Shown here: piece by piece, positions 18,685-28,468 of the stretch | How the letters are laid out: each line of letters begins with the position of its first letter | How positions within the stretch are numbered: the first letter of the stretch is position 1 | From: Fusobacterium sp. | Lineage (GTDB): Bacteria; Fusobacteriota; Fusobacteriia; Fusobacteriales; Fusobacteriaceae | NCBI GenBank assembly: GCA_030527385.1 | Contig: JAUNAY010000001.1 | Coordinates: 1 to 32,067 of the forward strand | Reading direction: 5' to 3' | Length of the DNA: 32,067 nt | Notes under the pieces: generated by a model | Database searches by the model: none | What the model was told of the DNA's origin: nothing | What the model saw: only the letters and a program-made list of their open reading frames with translations | Program-made: the position numbers and the translations under genes

Positions 18685-21273
18685 ATGAAAAGAGTTTATG
18701 GTTTTAATGAAGGTGGAAAGGAATTAATAGACATATTAGGTGGTAAAGGTGGAAACTTAGCTGAGATGAAAAGAATAGGTTTACCTATACCTGAGGGAAT
18801 AATTGTTTCAACTACTGCTTGTAAAGAGTTTTTTAGAGATGGTAAAAAGATAACTCCTGAACTTGAAAAAGAGATTCTTGAAAAACTTGAATATTTACAA
18901 GATGTTACAGGTAAAAAATTTGAAGGAGATAATCCACTTCTTGTTTCTGTAAGATCTGGAGCTCCTATATCTATGCCCGGTATGATGGACACTATATTAA
19001 ATCTTGGACTTAATGACATAACAGCTAAAAAATTATCAAAAATATTTAATGATGAAATTTTTGTATATGAGCTTTATACTAGATTTATTCAAATGTTTTC
19101 TGAAATTGTTATGGGTATTGAAAAAGAGTTATTCTTCTCTTTAAAAGAAAATTTGCTCAACGAAAGAAAAGATGAAAATAAAATCGATACTTATAAATTG
19201 ATTATAAAAAAATCTAAAGAGCTATACAAAGAAAAAACTGGATTAGATTTTCCAGAATCTGCTAAAGAACAGTTGTTTATGGCAGTTAATGCTATTTTTA
19301 ACTCTTGGGATAATGATAGAGCTATTCTTTATAGAAAAATAAATAATATTGATGATTCTATGGGTACTGCTGTTGTTATTCAAGAGATGGTATTTGGTAA
19401 CCGTAATGATATTTCTGGTACTGGTGTTGCTTTTTCACGTAATCCATCTAGTGGAGAAAATGAGCTATTTGGTGAGTATCTTTTAAAAGCACAAGGAGAG
19501 GATATTGTTGCTGGTATTAGAACTCCTGAACCTATTGCTAAATTAAAAGATCAACTTCCAGAAATATATGATGAATTTGCTAAGCTTGCAAAAGTGCTTG
19601 AAAATCACAATAAAGATATGCAAGATATTGAGTTTACAATCGAAAATGGAAAATTATATCTTCTTCAAACAAGAAATGGTAAAAGAAGTCCTTATGCAGC
19701 TGTAAAAATTGCTGTGGATATGGTTCACGAGGGAATTTTAACTAAAGAAGAAGCTATTATGAAAGTTGATCCTAATGTTCTTCCTCAACTTCTTCACGGA
19801 AACTTTGATCCTGAAGCTGTTAAATCTGCAACTTTACTTGGTAAAGGACTTCCAGGATCTGCTGGAGTTGCCATAGGTAGAGTTATGTTTGCTTCAGAAA
19901 GAGTTGAAACTAGAGCTCTTGCTATTCTTGTAAGAGAGGAAACTTCTCCAGAAGATCTTAAGGGAATTAGTCAAGCTCAAGGTATTGTCACTGTAAAAGG
20001 TGGAGCTACATCACACGGAGCCGTAGTTGCAAGAGGAATGGGAAAATGTTGTGTCACTGGTTGTGGAGATATACAAATCAACGACATTAAAAGAGAGATG
20101 TATATCAATGGACATACTGTAAAAGAGGGAGATTTTATCTCTATTAGTGGATATACTGGTGAAATTTTCTTAGGTAAAGTAAAACTTACTGAACCTAAAT
20201 TTGATGAAAATTTAAAAGAGTTTGTATCTTGGTGTAAAGATATAAAAAGACTTGGTGTTAGAATGAATGCTGATACTCCTGCCGATGCTTTCTTAGGTAA
20301 AGGATTTGGAGCTGAAGGTATTGGACTTTGTAGAACTGAACATATGTTCTTCCAAAAAGATAAAATTTGGACTATTAGAAGTATGATTATGAGTACTAAT
20401 CCTATTGAAAGAGAAGAAGCTCTTAAAAAGATGTTAGCACTACAAAGAGAAGATTTCTATAATATATTTAAAGTTGTAGATGGACAAGTTGTAATAATTA
20501 GATTACTTGACCCACCTCTACACGAATTTTTACCAAAAGAGGAAAAAGAGAAAGAAAAAATGGCTGAAATATTAAATCTGCCATTAATTGAAATTGAAAG
20601 AAGAATTAGAAACTTAAAAGATGCAAACCCTATGCTTGGACACAGAGGTTGTAGACTTGCTATAACTTATCCTGAAATTTATAACACTCAAGCAAGAGGA
20701 GTTATTGAAGCAGCATTACAATGTAAAAAAGAGGGAATAAATGTTAAACCTGAAATTATGATACCTCTTATTATAGGTGTAGGAGAGCTTAAATTCATAA
20801 AACAAAATATTACTACTGAAATTAACAAAGTTTTTGAAGAACAAGGAATGAAAATTGAATATAAAATCGGTACTATGATGGAAACTCCAAGAGCTTGTCT
20901 ACTTGCTGATGATATAGCAAAAGAAGCAGAGTTTTTCTCTTTTGGTACTAATGACCTAACTCAAACTACTATGGGACTTTCAAGAGATGACTCAGTTAAA
21001 TTTATAGATGACTACCATACTCACGGAATCTTTAAACTTGAACCTTTTGCTTCTATTGATGTAAGAGGTGTAGGAAAACTTGTTAAGTTGGGAGTTACTT
21101 TAGGAAGAGAGTCTAATCCTAAACTTGAAATAGGTATTTGTGGTGAACACGGTGGAGATCCAAAGAGTATTGATTTCTTTGAAAAAACTGGACTTGACTA
21201 TGTAAGCTGTTCACCATTTAGAGTGCTTGTTGCGATTGTTGCAGCTGCACAAAGTCGTATAAGAAATAAATAA
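18685..21273 (+). CDS. ppdK: Pyruvate, phosphate dikinase
   Basis: LLVSVRSGAPISMPGMMDT, GGATSHGAVVARG (catalytic His), GIGLCRTEHM, SFGTNDLTQ and GICGEHGG motifs. Confidence 0.97.
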   Translation: MKRVYGFNEGGKELIDILGGKGGNLAEMKRIGLPIPEGIIVSTTACKEFFRDGKKITPELEKEILEKLEYLQDVTGKKFEGDNPLLVSVRSGAPISMPGMMDTILNLGLNDITAKKLSKIFNDEIFVYELYTRFIQMFSEIVMGIEKELFFSLKENLLNERKDENKIDTYKLIIKKSKELYKEKTGLDFPESAKEQLFMAVNAIFNSWDNDRAILYRKINNIDDSMGTAVVIQEMVFGNRNDISGTGVAFSRNPSSGENELFGEYLLKAQGEDIVAGIRTPEPIAKLKDQLPEIYDEFAKLAKVLENHNKDMQDIEFTIENGKLYLLQTRNGKRSPYAAVKIAVDMVHEGILTKEEAIMKVDPNVLPQLLHGNFDPEAVKSATLLGKGLPGSAGVAIGRVMFASERVETRALAILVREETSPEDLKGISQAQGIVTVKGGATSHGAVVARGMGKCCVTGCGDIQINDIKREMYINGHTVKEGDFISISGYTGEIFLGKVKLTEPKFDENLKEFVSWCKDIKRLGVRMNADTPADAFLGKGFGAEGIGLCRTEHMFFQKDKIWTIRSMIMSTNPIEREEALKKMLALQREDFYNIFKVVDGQVVIIRLLDPPLHEFLPKEEKEKEKMAEILNLPLIEIERRIRNLKDANPMLGHRGCRLAITYPEIYNTQARGVIEAALQCKKEGINVKPEIMIPLIIGVGELKFIKQNITTEINKVFEEQGMKIEYKIGTMMETPRACLLADDIAKEAEFFSFGTNDLTQTTMGLSRDDSVKFIDDYHTHGIFKLEPFASIDVRGVGKLVKLGVTLGRESNPKLEIGICGEHGGDPKSIDFFEKTGLDYVSCSPFRVLVAIVAAAQSRIRNK

Positions 21274-21297
21274 ATAATTTATCACGGGGAGATTTGA

Positions 21298-23271
21298 ATG
21301 AACGAATTAGAAAAAATTATCGCAGAGCAGGAACTTAAATATCTTACTTTACTTTCTGGAAAATTTAAAAATATTGGAGAAACTGCTACTGAAATTATTA
21401 ACTTACAAGCAATATTAAACTTGCCAAAAGGTACTGAACACTTTCTTAGTGATATTCACGGAGAGTATGAAGCATTTAATCACGTTTTAAAAAATGGCTC
21501 GGGTGCTGTTCGTCAAAAAATAGACGAAATATTTGGAGATGAACTTAATATTTTTGAAAAAAAAGAGTTAGCTACTGTTATCTATTATCCAAAAGAAAAA
21601 ATAGAATGGTTGGCAAAAGATTTTAAAAAGATGGATAAATGGTACAAAACTATTATCTATCGTTTAATTGAAATTTGTAGCGTAGTTTCTTCAAAGTACA
21701 CTAGTTCTAAAGTAAGAAAGGCTATGCCAAAAGATTTCTCATATATCATTCAAGAGATAATATATGAAAGAAAAGAGTTGTTAAATAAAAAAGAATATAT
21801 AGCAAATATTATTGATACGATTATATCTATTGGTAGAGCAAAAGAGTTTGTGATAGCAATTTCTAATTTAATTCAAAGATTAATCATTGATAGATTACAC
21901 ATAGTGGGGGATATTTATGATAGGGGACCTAGTCCCCACCTCATTATGGATACTCTTATTAATTATCACAATGTTGATATTCAATGGGGAAACCACGATA
22001 TTTTATGGATGGGAGCAGGACTTGGAAGTAAAGGGTGTATTGCTAATGTTATTAGAATTTGCTCAAGATATGGCAATAATGATATATTAGAAGATGCTTA
22101 TGGAATAAATCTTCTTCCTCTTGCTACTTTTGCTATGGAAAAATATGGAAATGATCCTTGTGAACAGTTTCAAACTAGAGGTGGTAAAAAAAGTCAGTTA
22201 ATTGCCCAAATTCATAAAGCTATCACTGTTATTCAAATGAAAATTGAGGGGAATATTATTGAAAGAAACCCAGATTTTAATATGGAACATAGAAATATGT
22301 TTAGAAAAATTGATTTTAAAAGAGGGGTTATTACATTAAATGGTATTGAGTATGAATTAATAGATAAAAATTTTCCAACTGTTGATATAGATAATCCTTT
22401 AAAATTAACTCGTGAAGAGAGCGAAATAATGGAAAATTTAAGACTTTCATTTTTAAGAAGTGAAAAATTACAAAAGCATATTAGATTTTTATTCGCTAAG
22501 GGAAGTTTATATTTAAAATGTAACTCTAATCTTTTATATCACGGTTGTATTCCTCTTACTGCTGATGGAAAATTAAAAGATATCTATATAAGAGGAGAAT
22601 ATTTAAAAGGTAAAGCTGCTCTTGATAGAGCTGAAAAATTATGTAGAGAAGCTTATTTTAATAGAGTTAATAGTGCTGATAGTCCAGAAGATAAAATCAA
22701 AGCTGATTTTGTTTGGTATATGTGGTGTGGTAAAGATTCTCCACTTTTTGGTAAAGATGATATGAAAACTTTTGAGCGTTATTTTATTGAAAATAAAGAA
22801 ACTCATATCGAAAATAAAAATCCATATTATAAATTTTGTGATCAAGAAGAAACTTGTAATATGATTTTAAAAGAGTTTAAATTAAATCCAAATATTTCTC
22901 ATATTGTCAATGGACACGTTCCAGTAAAGGAGAAAAAAGGTGAATCTCCTATAAAAGCTAATGGTAAACTTTATATTATAGATGGTGGTTTTTCTAAAGC
23001 TTATCAACCTCAGACAGGGCTGGCTGGGTACACTCTTATTTTTAACTCATATGGTTTAAAACTAGTTTCTCACGCTCCTTTTGAATCTGCTGAAAAATCT
23101 ATAAAAGAGGGAAAAGACATCATTTCATCAAGTCGTATAGTTGATGTTAGCAAAAATAGAATAAGAGTTAAAGATACTGATATAGGAAAAGAGATTCAAA
23201 ATCAAGTTAATGATTTAAAAAAACTATTAAATGCTTATAGAAAAGGTTTAATAAAAAATAGCGATAGCTAA
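21298..23271 (+). CDS. fbp: Fructose-1,6-bisphosphatase class III
   Basis: NLPKGTEHFLSDIHGE, GDIYDRG, QWGNHD, NGHVP and IDGGFSKAY motifs. Confidence 0.95.
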   Translation: MNELEKIIAEQELKYLTLLSGKFKNIGETATEIINLQAILNLPKGTEHFLSDIHGEYEAFNHVLKNGSGAVRQKIDEIFGDELNIFEKKELATVIYYPKEKIEWLAKDFKKMDKWYKTIIYRLIEICSVVSSKYTSSKVRKAMPKDFSYIIQEIIYERKELLNKKEYIANIIDTIISIGRAKEFVIAISNLIQRLIIDRLHIVGDIYDRGPSPHLIMDTLINYHNVDIQWGNHDILWMGAGLGSKGCIANVIRICSRYGNNDILEDAYGINLLPLATFAMEKYGNDPCEQFQTRGGKKSQLIAQIHKAITVIQMKIEGNIIERNPDFNMEHRNMFRKIDFKRGVITLNGIEYELIDKNFPTVDIDNPLKLTREESEIMENLRLSFLRSEKLQKHIRFLFAKGSLYLKCNSNLLYHGCIPLTADGKLKDIYIRGEYLKGKAALDRAEKLCREAYFNRVNSADSPEDKIKADFVWYMWCGKDSPLFGKDDMKTFERYFIENKETHIENKNPYYKFCDQEETCNMILKEFKLNPNISHIVNGHVPVKEKKGESPIKANGKLYIIDGGFSKAYQPQTGLAGYTLIFNSYGLKLVSHAPFESAEKSIKEGKDIISSSRIVDVSKNRIRVKDTDIGKEIQNQVNDLKKLLNAYRKGLIKNSDS

Positions 23272-23321
23272 TTATTAAAAAAAATTAATTATATTTTAAT
23301 CCTAAATTAAAATACTAGTGT

Positions 23322-23341
23322 TATATTACATATGTTATATA
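23322..23341. promoter_or_regulatory. Candidate TetR operator upstream of the fadL-like gene
   Basis: 20-bp near-palindrome TATATTACATATGTTATATA (one mismatched pair) just 5' of the AGGAGG SD. Confidence 0.45.
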
Positions 23342-23359
23342 TAAAATTTAGGAGGAAAT

Positions 23360-24739
23360 ATGAAGAAAAAACTTGGAATTTTAGCAATTGCTACTATATT
23401 AAACAGTGCAGCTTACTCTGCATCTATTGATCATATTCAAACATACTCACCTGAGTATTTAGGAAACCAAGCACAAAACGGTATGATTAATAAATCATCT
23501 GTTTACTATAACCCTGCTGGACTTATGCACCTAGAAAACGGAACTTATGTTCAAGTAGGAGCTCAACTTGCTGTTGGACACGAAAAAATGGATTATAATG
23601 GAAAAGAATATAAAGCAGATCTTCTACAACCAATTCCTAACTTTGCACTATATAGTGTAAGAGAAGATAGAGCTATCTTCTGGACAATAGGAGGACTTGG
23701 TGGAGGTGGAGACCTTGAATATAAAGATGGTGTTGCTGGTACAGCTGTAGTACCTGATATATTAAATGGTATCGTAGGTAAAATTAAACCTGGATTAGCT
23801 AATTTTGTTGATAAAGGTTCATCTGCTGAAGGAAAAAGTCTTTATGCTCAAACCACTTTAGGAAGAGCTTGGATGATTAATGATAAGCTTTCTGTTTCTG
23901 TTGCTGGTAGAGCTGTACTTGGAATGAAAAAATTAAAAGGAAATATTGATATTGAATCTAACTCTCCAATAGTTAAGGATCTTCACGCTGATATAGATTC
24001 AGATAGAACTGCTTGGGGACTTGGAGCTCAAATTGGACTTAACTATAAAGCAAATGATAGATTAAATCTTGCTATGAGATATGATAGTAGAGTTAAACTT
24101 GATTTTAAAGCTAGTGGACACGAAACAAAAGCTACTTTACAAACAAATCCAATCCCTGGATTACTTCCAGGATTAAATTTAGGAAATGTTGGATTTAGTG
24201 ATTTCTATCCAGAGTATGCTGACGGCAATAAAACTAGAAGAGATCTTCCTGCTGTATTAGCTCTTGGAGCATCATATAAAGTTACTGACAAGTGGTCAAC
24301 TGCTATTGCTGGAAACTACTATTTTAATAAAGATGCTAAAATGGACAGAATTGCTGGAAATGCTGTTCTTGCTGGTGGAAAAATTAATTTAAAAGGGCTA
24401 GAAGCTGAATATGATAACGGTTGGGAAATAGCTCTTGGAAATGAATATAAATTAAATGAAAAATGGACTCTACTTGGAAGTGTAAACTACGCTCATACTG
24501 GAGCTAAAGTAAGTTCGTATGATGATATAGAGTTTGCTTTAAATTCTATTACAGTAGGAACAGGAGTTAAATACAATCCTACTGATTGTGATGAATGGGT
24601 ATTTACTGTATGCCATTTCTTCTATGATGAAGAAAGTGGACATTACAATACAAAATATGCAAAATATCCTACTGTTAAAAATCCTACATATGACAAAAGC
24701 ATCACTGCGTTTGGTTTAGCATATACAAAAAAATTCTAA
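23360..24739 (+). CDS. FadL/OmpP1/TodX-family outer membrane transporter
   Basis: Signal peptide, SVYYNPAG hatch motif, amphipathic beta strands, DLPAVLALGASY, C-terminal AYTKKF. Confidence 0.85.
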   Translation: MKKKLGILAIATILNSAAYSASIDHIQTYSPEYLGNQAQNGMINKSSVYYNPAGLMHLENGTYVQVGAQLAVGHEKMDYNGKEYKADLLQPIPNFALYSVREDRAIFWTIGGLGGGGDLEYKDGVAGTAVVPDILNGIVGKIKPGLANFVDKGSSAEGKSLYAQTTLGRAWMINDKLSVSVAGRAVLGMKKLKGNIDIESNSPIVKDLHADIDSDRTAWGLGAQIGLNYKANDRLNLAMRYDSRVKLDFKASGHETKATLQTNPIPGLLPGLNLGNVGFSDFYPEYADGNKTRRDLPAVLALGASYKVTDKWSTAIAGNYYFNKDAKMDRIAGNAVLAGGKINLKGLEAEYDNGWEIALGNEYKLNEKWTLLGSVNYAHTGAKVSSYDDIEFALNSITVGTGVKYNPTDCDEWVFTVCHFFYDEESGHYNTKYAKYPTVKNPTYDKSITAFGLAYTKKF

Positions 24740-24764
24740 TTTAGCTATATAGAGGAGGAGTTCA

Positions 24765-25334
24765 ATGCCCAAAAAAGCTATTTTTACTAAAGAACAAATT
24801 TTCAAAAAAGCCTTTGAGGTTTTCAAACAGAACGGATTAGAAGCTATAACTGCTAGAAATTTAGCAAAATCACTAAATTGTTCTCCAGCTCCAATATATA
24901 GTTTCTACACATCATTAGAAATTTTAAAAAAAGATTTAATAAATAAAGCTAAAGCTATTTTTATGGAATATGTTAAAGAGGATAGCACTGAATATATTTT
25001 TCTTAATATAGGAATAGGAATATGTAAATTTGCCAGAGAAGAAAAACAACTTTTTCATACTATATTTTTAAAAGATAGCTCATACAGTAGCCTTGTAAGA
25101 GAGTTTAGAGATTTAATAAAGATTGAAATGTCAAAAGATAAGAGATTTGACAAACTTGATGAAGAGTTTAAAACTGAACTTTTTCTAGATTGTTGGATCT
25201 ATGCACACGGATTTTCAACTTTAATAGCTACAAACTATTTTAAAGATGTTTCAGATAAATTTATTCAAGAAAGACTTGTTTCTGGAGCAGCTACAATGAT
25301 GTATAAAAGGCTTGAAGATTATAATAACAAGTAA
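24765..25334 (+). CDS. TetR/AcrR-family transcriptional regulator
   Basis: N-terminal HTH ITARNLAKSLNCSPAPIYSFY; C-terminal WIYAHG (WHG-like). Confidence 0.9.
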   Translation: MPKKAIFTKEQIFKKAFEVFKQNGLEAITARNLAKSLNCSPAPIYSFYTSLEILKKDLINKAKAIFMEYVKEDSTEYIFLNIGIGICKFAREEKQLFHTIFLKDSSYSSLVREFRDLIKIEMSKDKRFDKLDEEFKTELFLDCWIYAHGFSTLIATNYFKDVSDKFIQERLVSGAATMMYKRLEDYNNK

Positions 25335-25338
25335 AAAT

Positions 25339-25381
25339 AAAAGGATTAATTTCTACTTTTAGTAGTTATTAATCCTTTTTT
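25339..25381. terminator. Bidirectional terminator between tetR and brnQ
   Basis: AAAAGGATTAAT..CTACT/AGTAG..ATTAATCCTTTT hairpin with A- and T-runs. Confidence 0.8.
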
Positions 25382-25387
25382 ATTGTT

Positions 25388-26680
25388 TTATTTTTGTTTA
25401 AATAAAGCTCTAAAAACTATTGCAAAAATTATACTAGGAAAAATCCAAGCTAATCCATATGAATTTAGTGGTAAATGCCCATAAACAAAATCTAATGTTT
25501 CTCCTGTTTTTAAAGCTAAGACTTGTGCCATTTCATAAGCTCCAACTAGTCCTGCTCCAAATACTGCACCTATATATATTGAATTTGATTCAATCTTTTC
25601 CTTACAGAAATTTAAAATTATTAAGACTATTGCTATTGGATAAATTAATGTTAAAACAGGTGCTGAAATTTTTACTATTATATCTACTCCAAAACCTGCA
25701 AATATAAAACTAATTATTGTAGTTACAATTACTACCTTTTCATATGTCGTATTTAACAATTTGCTAAAATATTCTCCTACTGTGGCTGTAAGTCCAATAG
25801 CTGTTGTTAGACAAGCTCCTGTAACACATACTCCTAAAATCATATTTCCAGATTTTCCTAACATTCTATCCACAATATCATTTAAAAGTTGAGTTGTTTT
25901 TGCACTGTGTAATGTTCCATATGAAGTTGCTCCTATATATAGCAATCCTCCATATACTATTGCTAATCCACACACTGCTATTATACTTGAATAACTTAAA
26001 AATTTCATCTCTTGTTTTACAGTAAGCTCTCTTCCATTTCTAATAGCTTTTATTATAATGCTCGAGAAAACTATTGCTCCTAATGTATCCATTGTTTGGT
26101 ACCCATTATAAAATCCATATTTAAAAGGATTAGTCATTCCCTCAATTACAACTGGCTCTCCTAGTGGGAAAAATACACCTTTGACTATTATTATCGCTAA
26201 AATTATTATTAATATTGGTGTTAAGATTTTTCCAACTCTTTCTACTACTGCATTAGCTTTTATCGAAAACATTAAGACTATTGCAAAATAAATAAAAAGA
26301 AATAGATATTTATAAATTTGTATGTCTACCCCACCAGTATGAGGTAAAATCGACATTTCATAAGCAGTAGCTCCAGTTCTTGGAAGAGCAAGAAATGGTC
26401 CTATTGCCAATATCAATACTATATTAAAAAGTTTACTAAAACTAGGAGAAACTCTATTAGCAAAATGATCTAAATCCTTTCCTGCATAAGCTGCTGATAT
26501 GATAGCTAATAATGGTATTCCTATTCCAGTTATAAAAAATCCAAGTGTTGCTACTTCCCACATAGCTCCAACATCAAATCCTACTTTTGGTGGAAATATT
26601 AAGTTTCCTGCTCCAAATAACATTGCAAATAATGCAAATCCCGTCAAAATAACGTCCTTTTTCTTGTAAATTTTAATCAC
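25388..26680 (-). CDS. brnQ: Branched-chain amino acid:cation symporter BrnQ (true start possibly ATT at 26671)
   Basis: FAMLFGAGNLIFPP, ALPRTG, GKILTP, GYQTMD and ACLTTAIGL motifs; about 12 TM helices. Confidence 0.95.
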   Translation of the reverse strand: MIKIYKKKDVILTGFALFAMLFGAGNLIFPPKVGFDVGAMWEVATLGFFITGIGIPLLAIISAAYAGKDLDHFANRVSPSFSKLFNIVLILAIGPFLALPRTGATAYEMSILPHTGGVDIQIYKYLFLFIYFAIVLMFSIKANAVVERVGKILTPILIIILAIIIVKGVFFPLGEPVVIEGMTNPFKYGFYNGYQTMDTLGAIVFSSIIIKAIRNGRELTVKQEMKFLSYSSIIAVCGLAIVYGGLLYIGATSYGTLHSAKTTQLLNDIVDRMLGKSGNMILGVCVTGACLTTAIGLTATVGEYFSKLLNTTYEKVVIVTTIISFIFAGFGVDIIVKISAPVLTLIYPIAIVLIILNFCKEKIESNSIYIGAVFGAGLVGAYEMAQVLALKTGETLDFVYGHLPLNSYGLAWIFPSIIFAIVFRALFKQK

Positions 26681-26800
26681 TCCAATCTAAAAATATTTAT
26701 AATTTAAAATAGTATAACTCTAAAGAAAACTGTGATCATACTATAATGACTTACTAAATAGTCTCTTTTCCATTTTTTAATAATGAGTATACTAATGTAG

Positions 26801-26829
26801 ATTATATCAATATTTTTAATTTATGTCAA
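26801..26829 (-). promoter_or_regulatory. Consensus sigma70 promoter for brnQ
   Basis: Perfect TTGACA-N17-TATAAT with extended -10 TG. Confidence 0.8.
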
Positions 26830-26943
26830 TATAATAATATTTTAGTAGTATTTTTTTAGTACTGTTTTTTATGAAAATTTTATTTAATTTTTTATTTTTT
26901 AATGTATAATATAGGTAAATACTTAATCTCAGGAGGAAAAATT

Positions 26944-27303
26944 ATGTCTATACTTTTTATAAACTATCCAAAATGTAGTACTTGTGTCAAAGCCAGAAAA
27001 TGGCTAGAAGAAAATAATTTAACTTTTACCGACAGACATATTGTTGAAAACAACCCAACTGCTGAAGAGTTAAAAAAATTTATTGCTTTAAGTGGATTAC
27101 CAGTTAAAAAATTTTTTAATACTAGTGGAATTTTATATAGAGAAATGAATCTAAAAGAAAAAGTTGCCACTGAATCTGACGAAGAGCTTATCAAAATTTT
27201 AGCTTCTAATGGAATGCTAGTAAAAAGACCTCTTGTAGTTACTGAAAATGGTGTTCTTTTAGGTTTTAAAGCTGACAAATGGGCTGAATTTTTTAATAAA
27301 TAA
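26944..27303 (+). CDS. ArsC/Spx-family redox protein
   Basis: YPKCSTCVKA, FFNTSG and LVKRP motifs; ATG at 26944 after AGGAGG. Confidence 0.88.
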   Translation: MSILFINYPKCSTCVKARKWLEENNLTFTDRHIVENNPTAEELKKFIALSGLPVKKFFNTSGILYREMNLKEKVATESDEELIKILASNGMLVKRPLVVTENGVLLGFKADKWAEFFNK

Positions 27304-27310
27304 AAAATAT

Positions 27311-27346
27311 AAAGGGGTACAATTTTGTGTAGTACCCCCTTTTTTT
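27311..27346. terminator. Terminator between the arsC-like gene and dapF
   Basis: GGGGTAC/GTACCCC stem followed by a T-run on the plus strand. Confidence 0.75.
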
Positions 27347-28175
27347 ATATCTCTCCTGTAAAAATTTTTTCTGCTTCTCCAGCCATAATAATATTATAAT
27401 CTTCTCCTATTTCTATCTTTACATCTCCACCTTCTGTTTTCATCAAAACTTTATTTTCTTTAACAATTCCCAATTTTTTTGCTATTCCTGCCGAAGCACA
27501 ACAACCTGTCCCACAAGCTAAAGTTCTTCCTGCTCCTCTTTCCCAAGTCTTTATCTCTAAAGTCGTTTCATCTATTTTTTTTATAAAATTTACGTTGGTT
27601 TTATTTTTAAAAATTTTTAACTTTTCTATCTCTTTACCTAAAATATTTACATCGCAATTAGAAAAATTATCCACAAATAATACTGTATGTGGCACTCCCA
27701 TTGATACACTTGAAATTCTTACTTTTTTTCCAACTACTTCAATCTCTTTATTTAATATAAATTTATCTTCTGTAATATTGGAAATTAATTCTGCTCTAAA
27801 ATCTATTTTTCCCATATCTACTATGATGTATTTTATTTTTTCCATTTCATCTAATTCTAACTTAATATTTTTTATTCCTGCATCTGTTTCAACTAAAAAG
27901 TTTTTCTTTTTTACTATCTTGTTATCAAATACAAATTTTGAAAAGCATCTTATTCCATTGCCACACATCTCTGCTCTTGAACCATCAGAGTTATAATAAT
28001 TCATCTTTATATCTGCTATTTTACTGCTGCTACAAAACATAAGTCCATCTGCACCTATTCCAAAATGTCTATCACAAACTTTTTTTGCAAACTCACCCCA
28101 ATTTTCTTTTATCTCTTTTAATCCATTTACTAAAATAAAATCATTTCCTGCTCCTTGCATCTTTGTAAACTGCAT
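27345..28175 (-). CDS. dapF: Diaminopimelate epimerase (DapF family)
   Basis: KMQGAGNDF, EMCGNG, MGVPH and ERGAGRTLACGTG motifs. Confidence 0.93.
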   Translation of the reverse strand: MQFTKMQGAGNDFILVNGLKEIKENWGEFAKKVCDRHFGIGADGLMFCSSSKIADIKMNYYNSDGSRAEMCGNGIRCFSKFVFDNKIVKKKNFLVETDAGIKNIKLELDEMEKIKYIIVDMGKIDFRAELISNITEDKFILNKEIEVVGKKVRISSVSMGVPHTVLFVDNFSNCDVNILGKEIEKLKIFKNKTNVNFIKKIDETTLEIKTWERGAGRTLACGTGCCASAGIAKKLGIVKENKVLMKTEGGDVKIEIGEDYNIIMAGEAEKIFTGEI

Positions 28176-28468
28176 TTTTCCTCCACTTCTATACTAAAAA
28201 ATTAAACTTTTACTACCAATCAAAATAATTATTTTTTTGTTCATTATTTTTCTTTAAAAATAATAGAAAATTTATTTTTTTATTCTCTAAATATTCAGTT
28301 TTTTATAACAAACTATCATACTTACATATATTATCTTTTATCTTTAATATAGATATAATTCAAACCCTAACAAAAAACAAATATTAATTTTGTATATATA
28401 GAATAAGTATTTTATATATATACATTTTTAAATAAATTAAATGTCATAAAGCTATATAATTAATATAT

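Noticed and set aside
26741-26773. uORF MEKRLFSKSL in the brnQ leader as an attenuator peptide
   Set aside because: No SD, only two non-adjacent Leu codons, and no terminator hairpin with a U-run downstream.
28176-28468. Lysine riboswitch or T-box upstream of dapF
   Set aside because: The region is too AT-rich and lacks the conserved stems and motifs.
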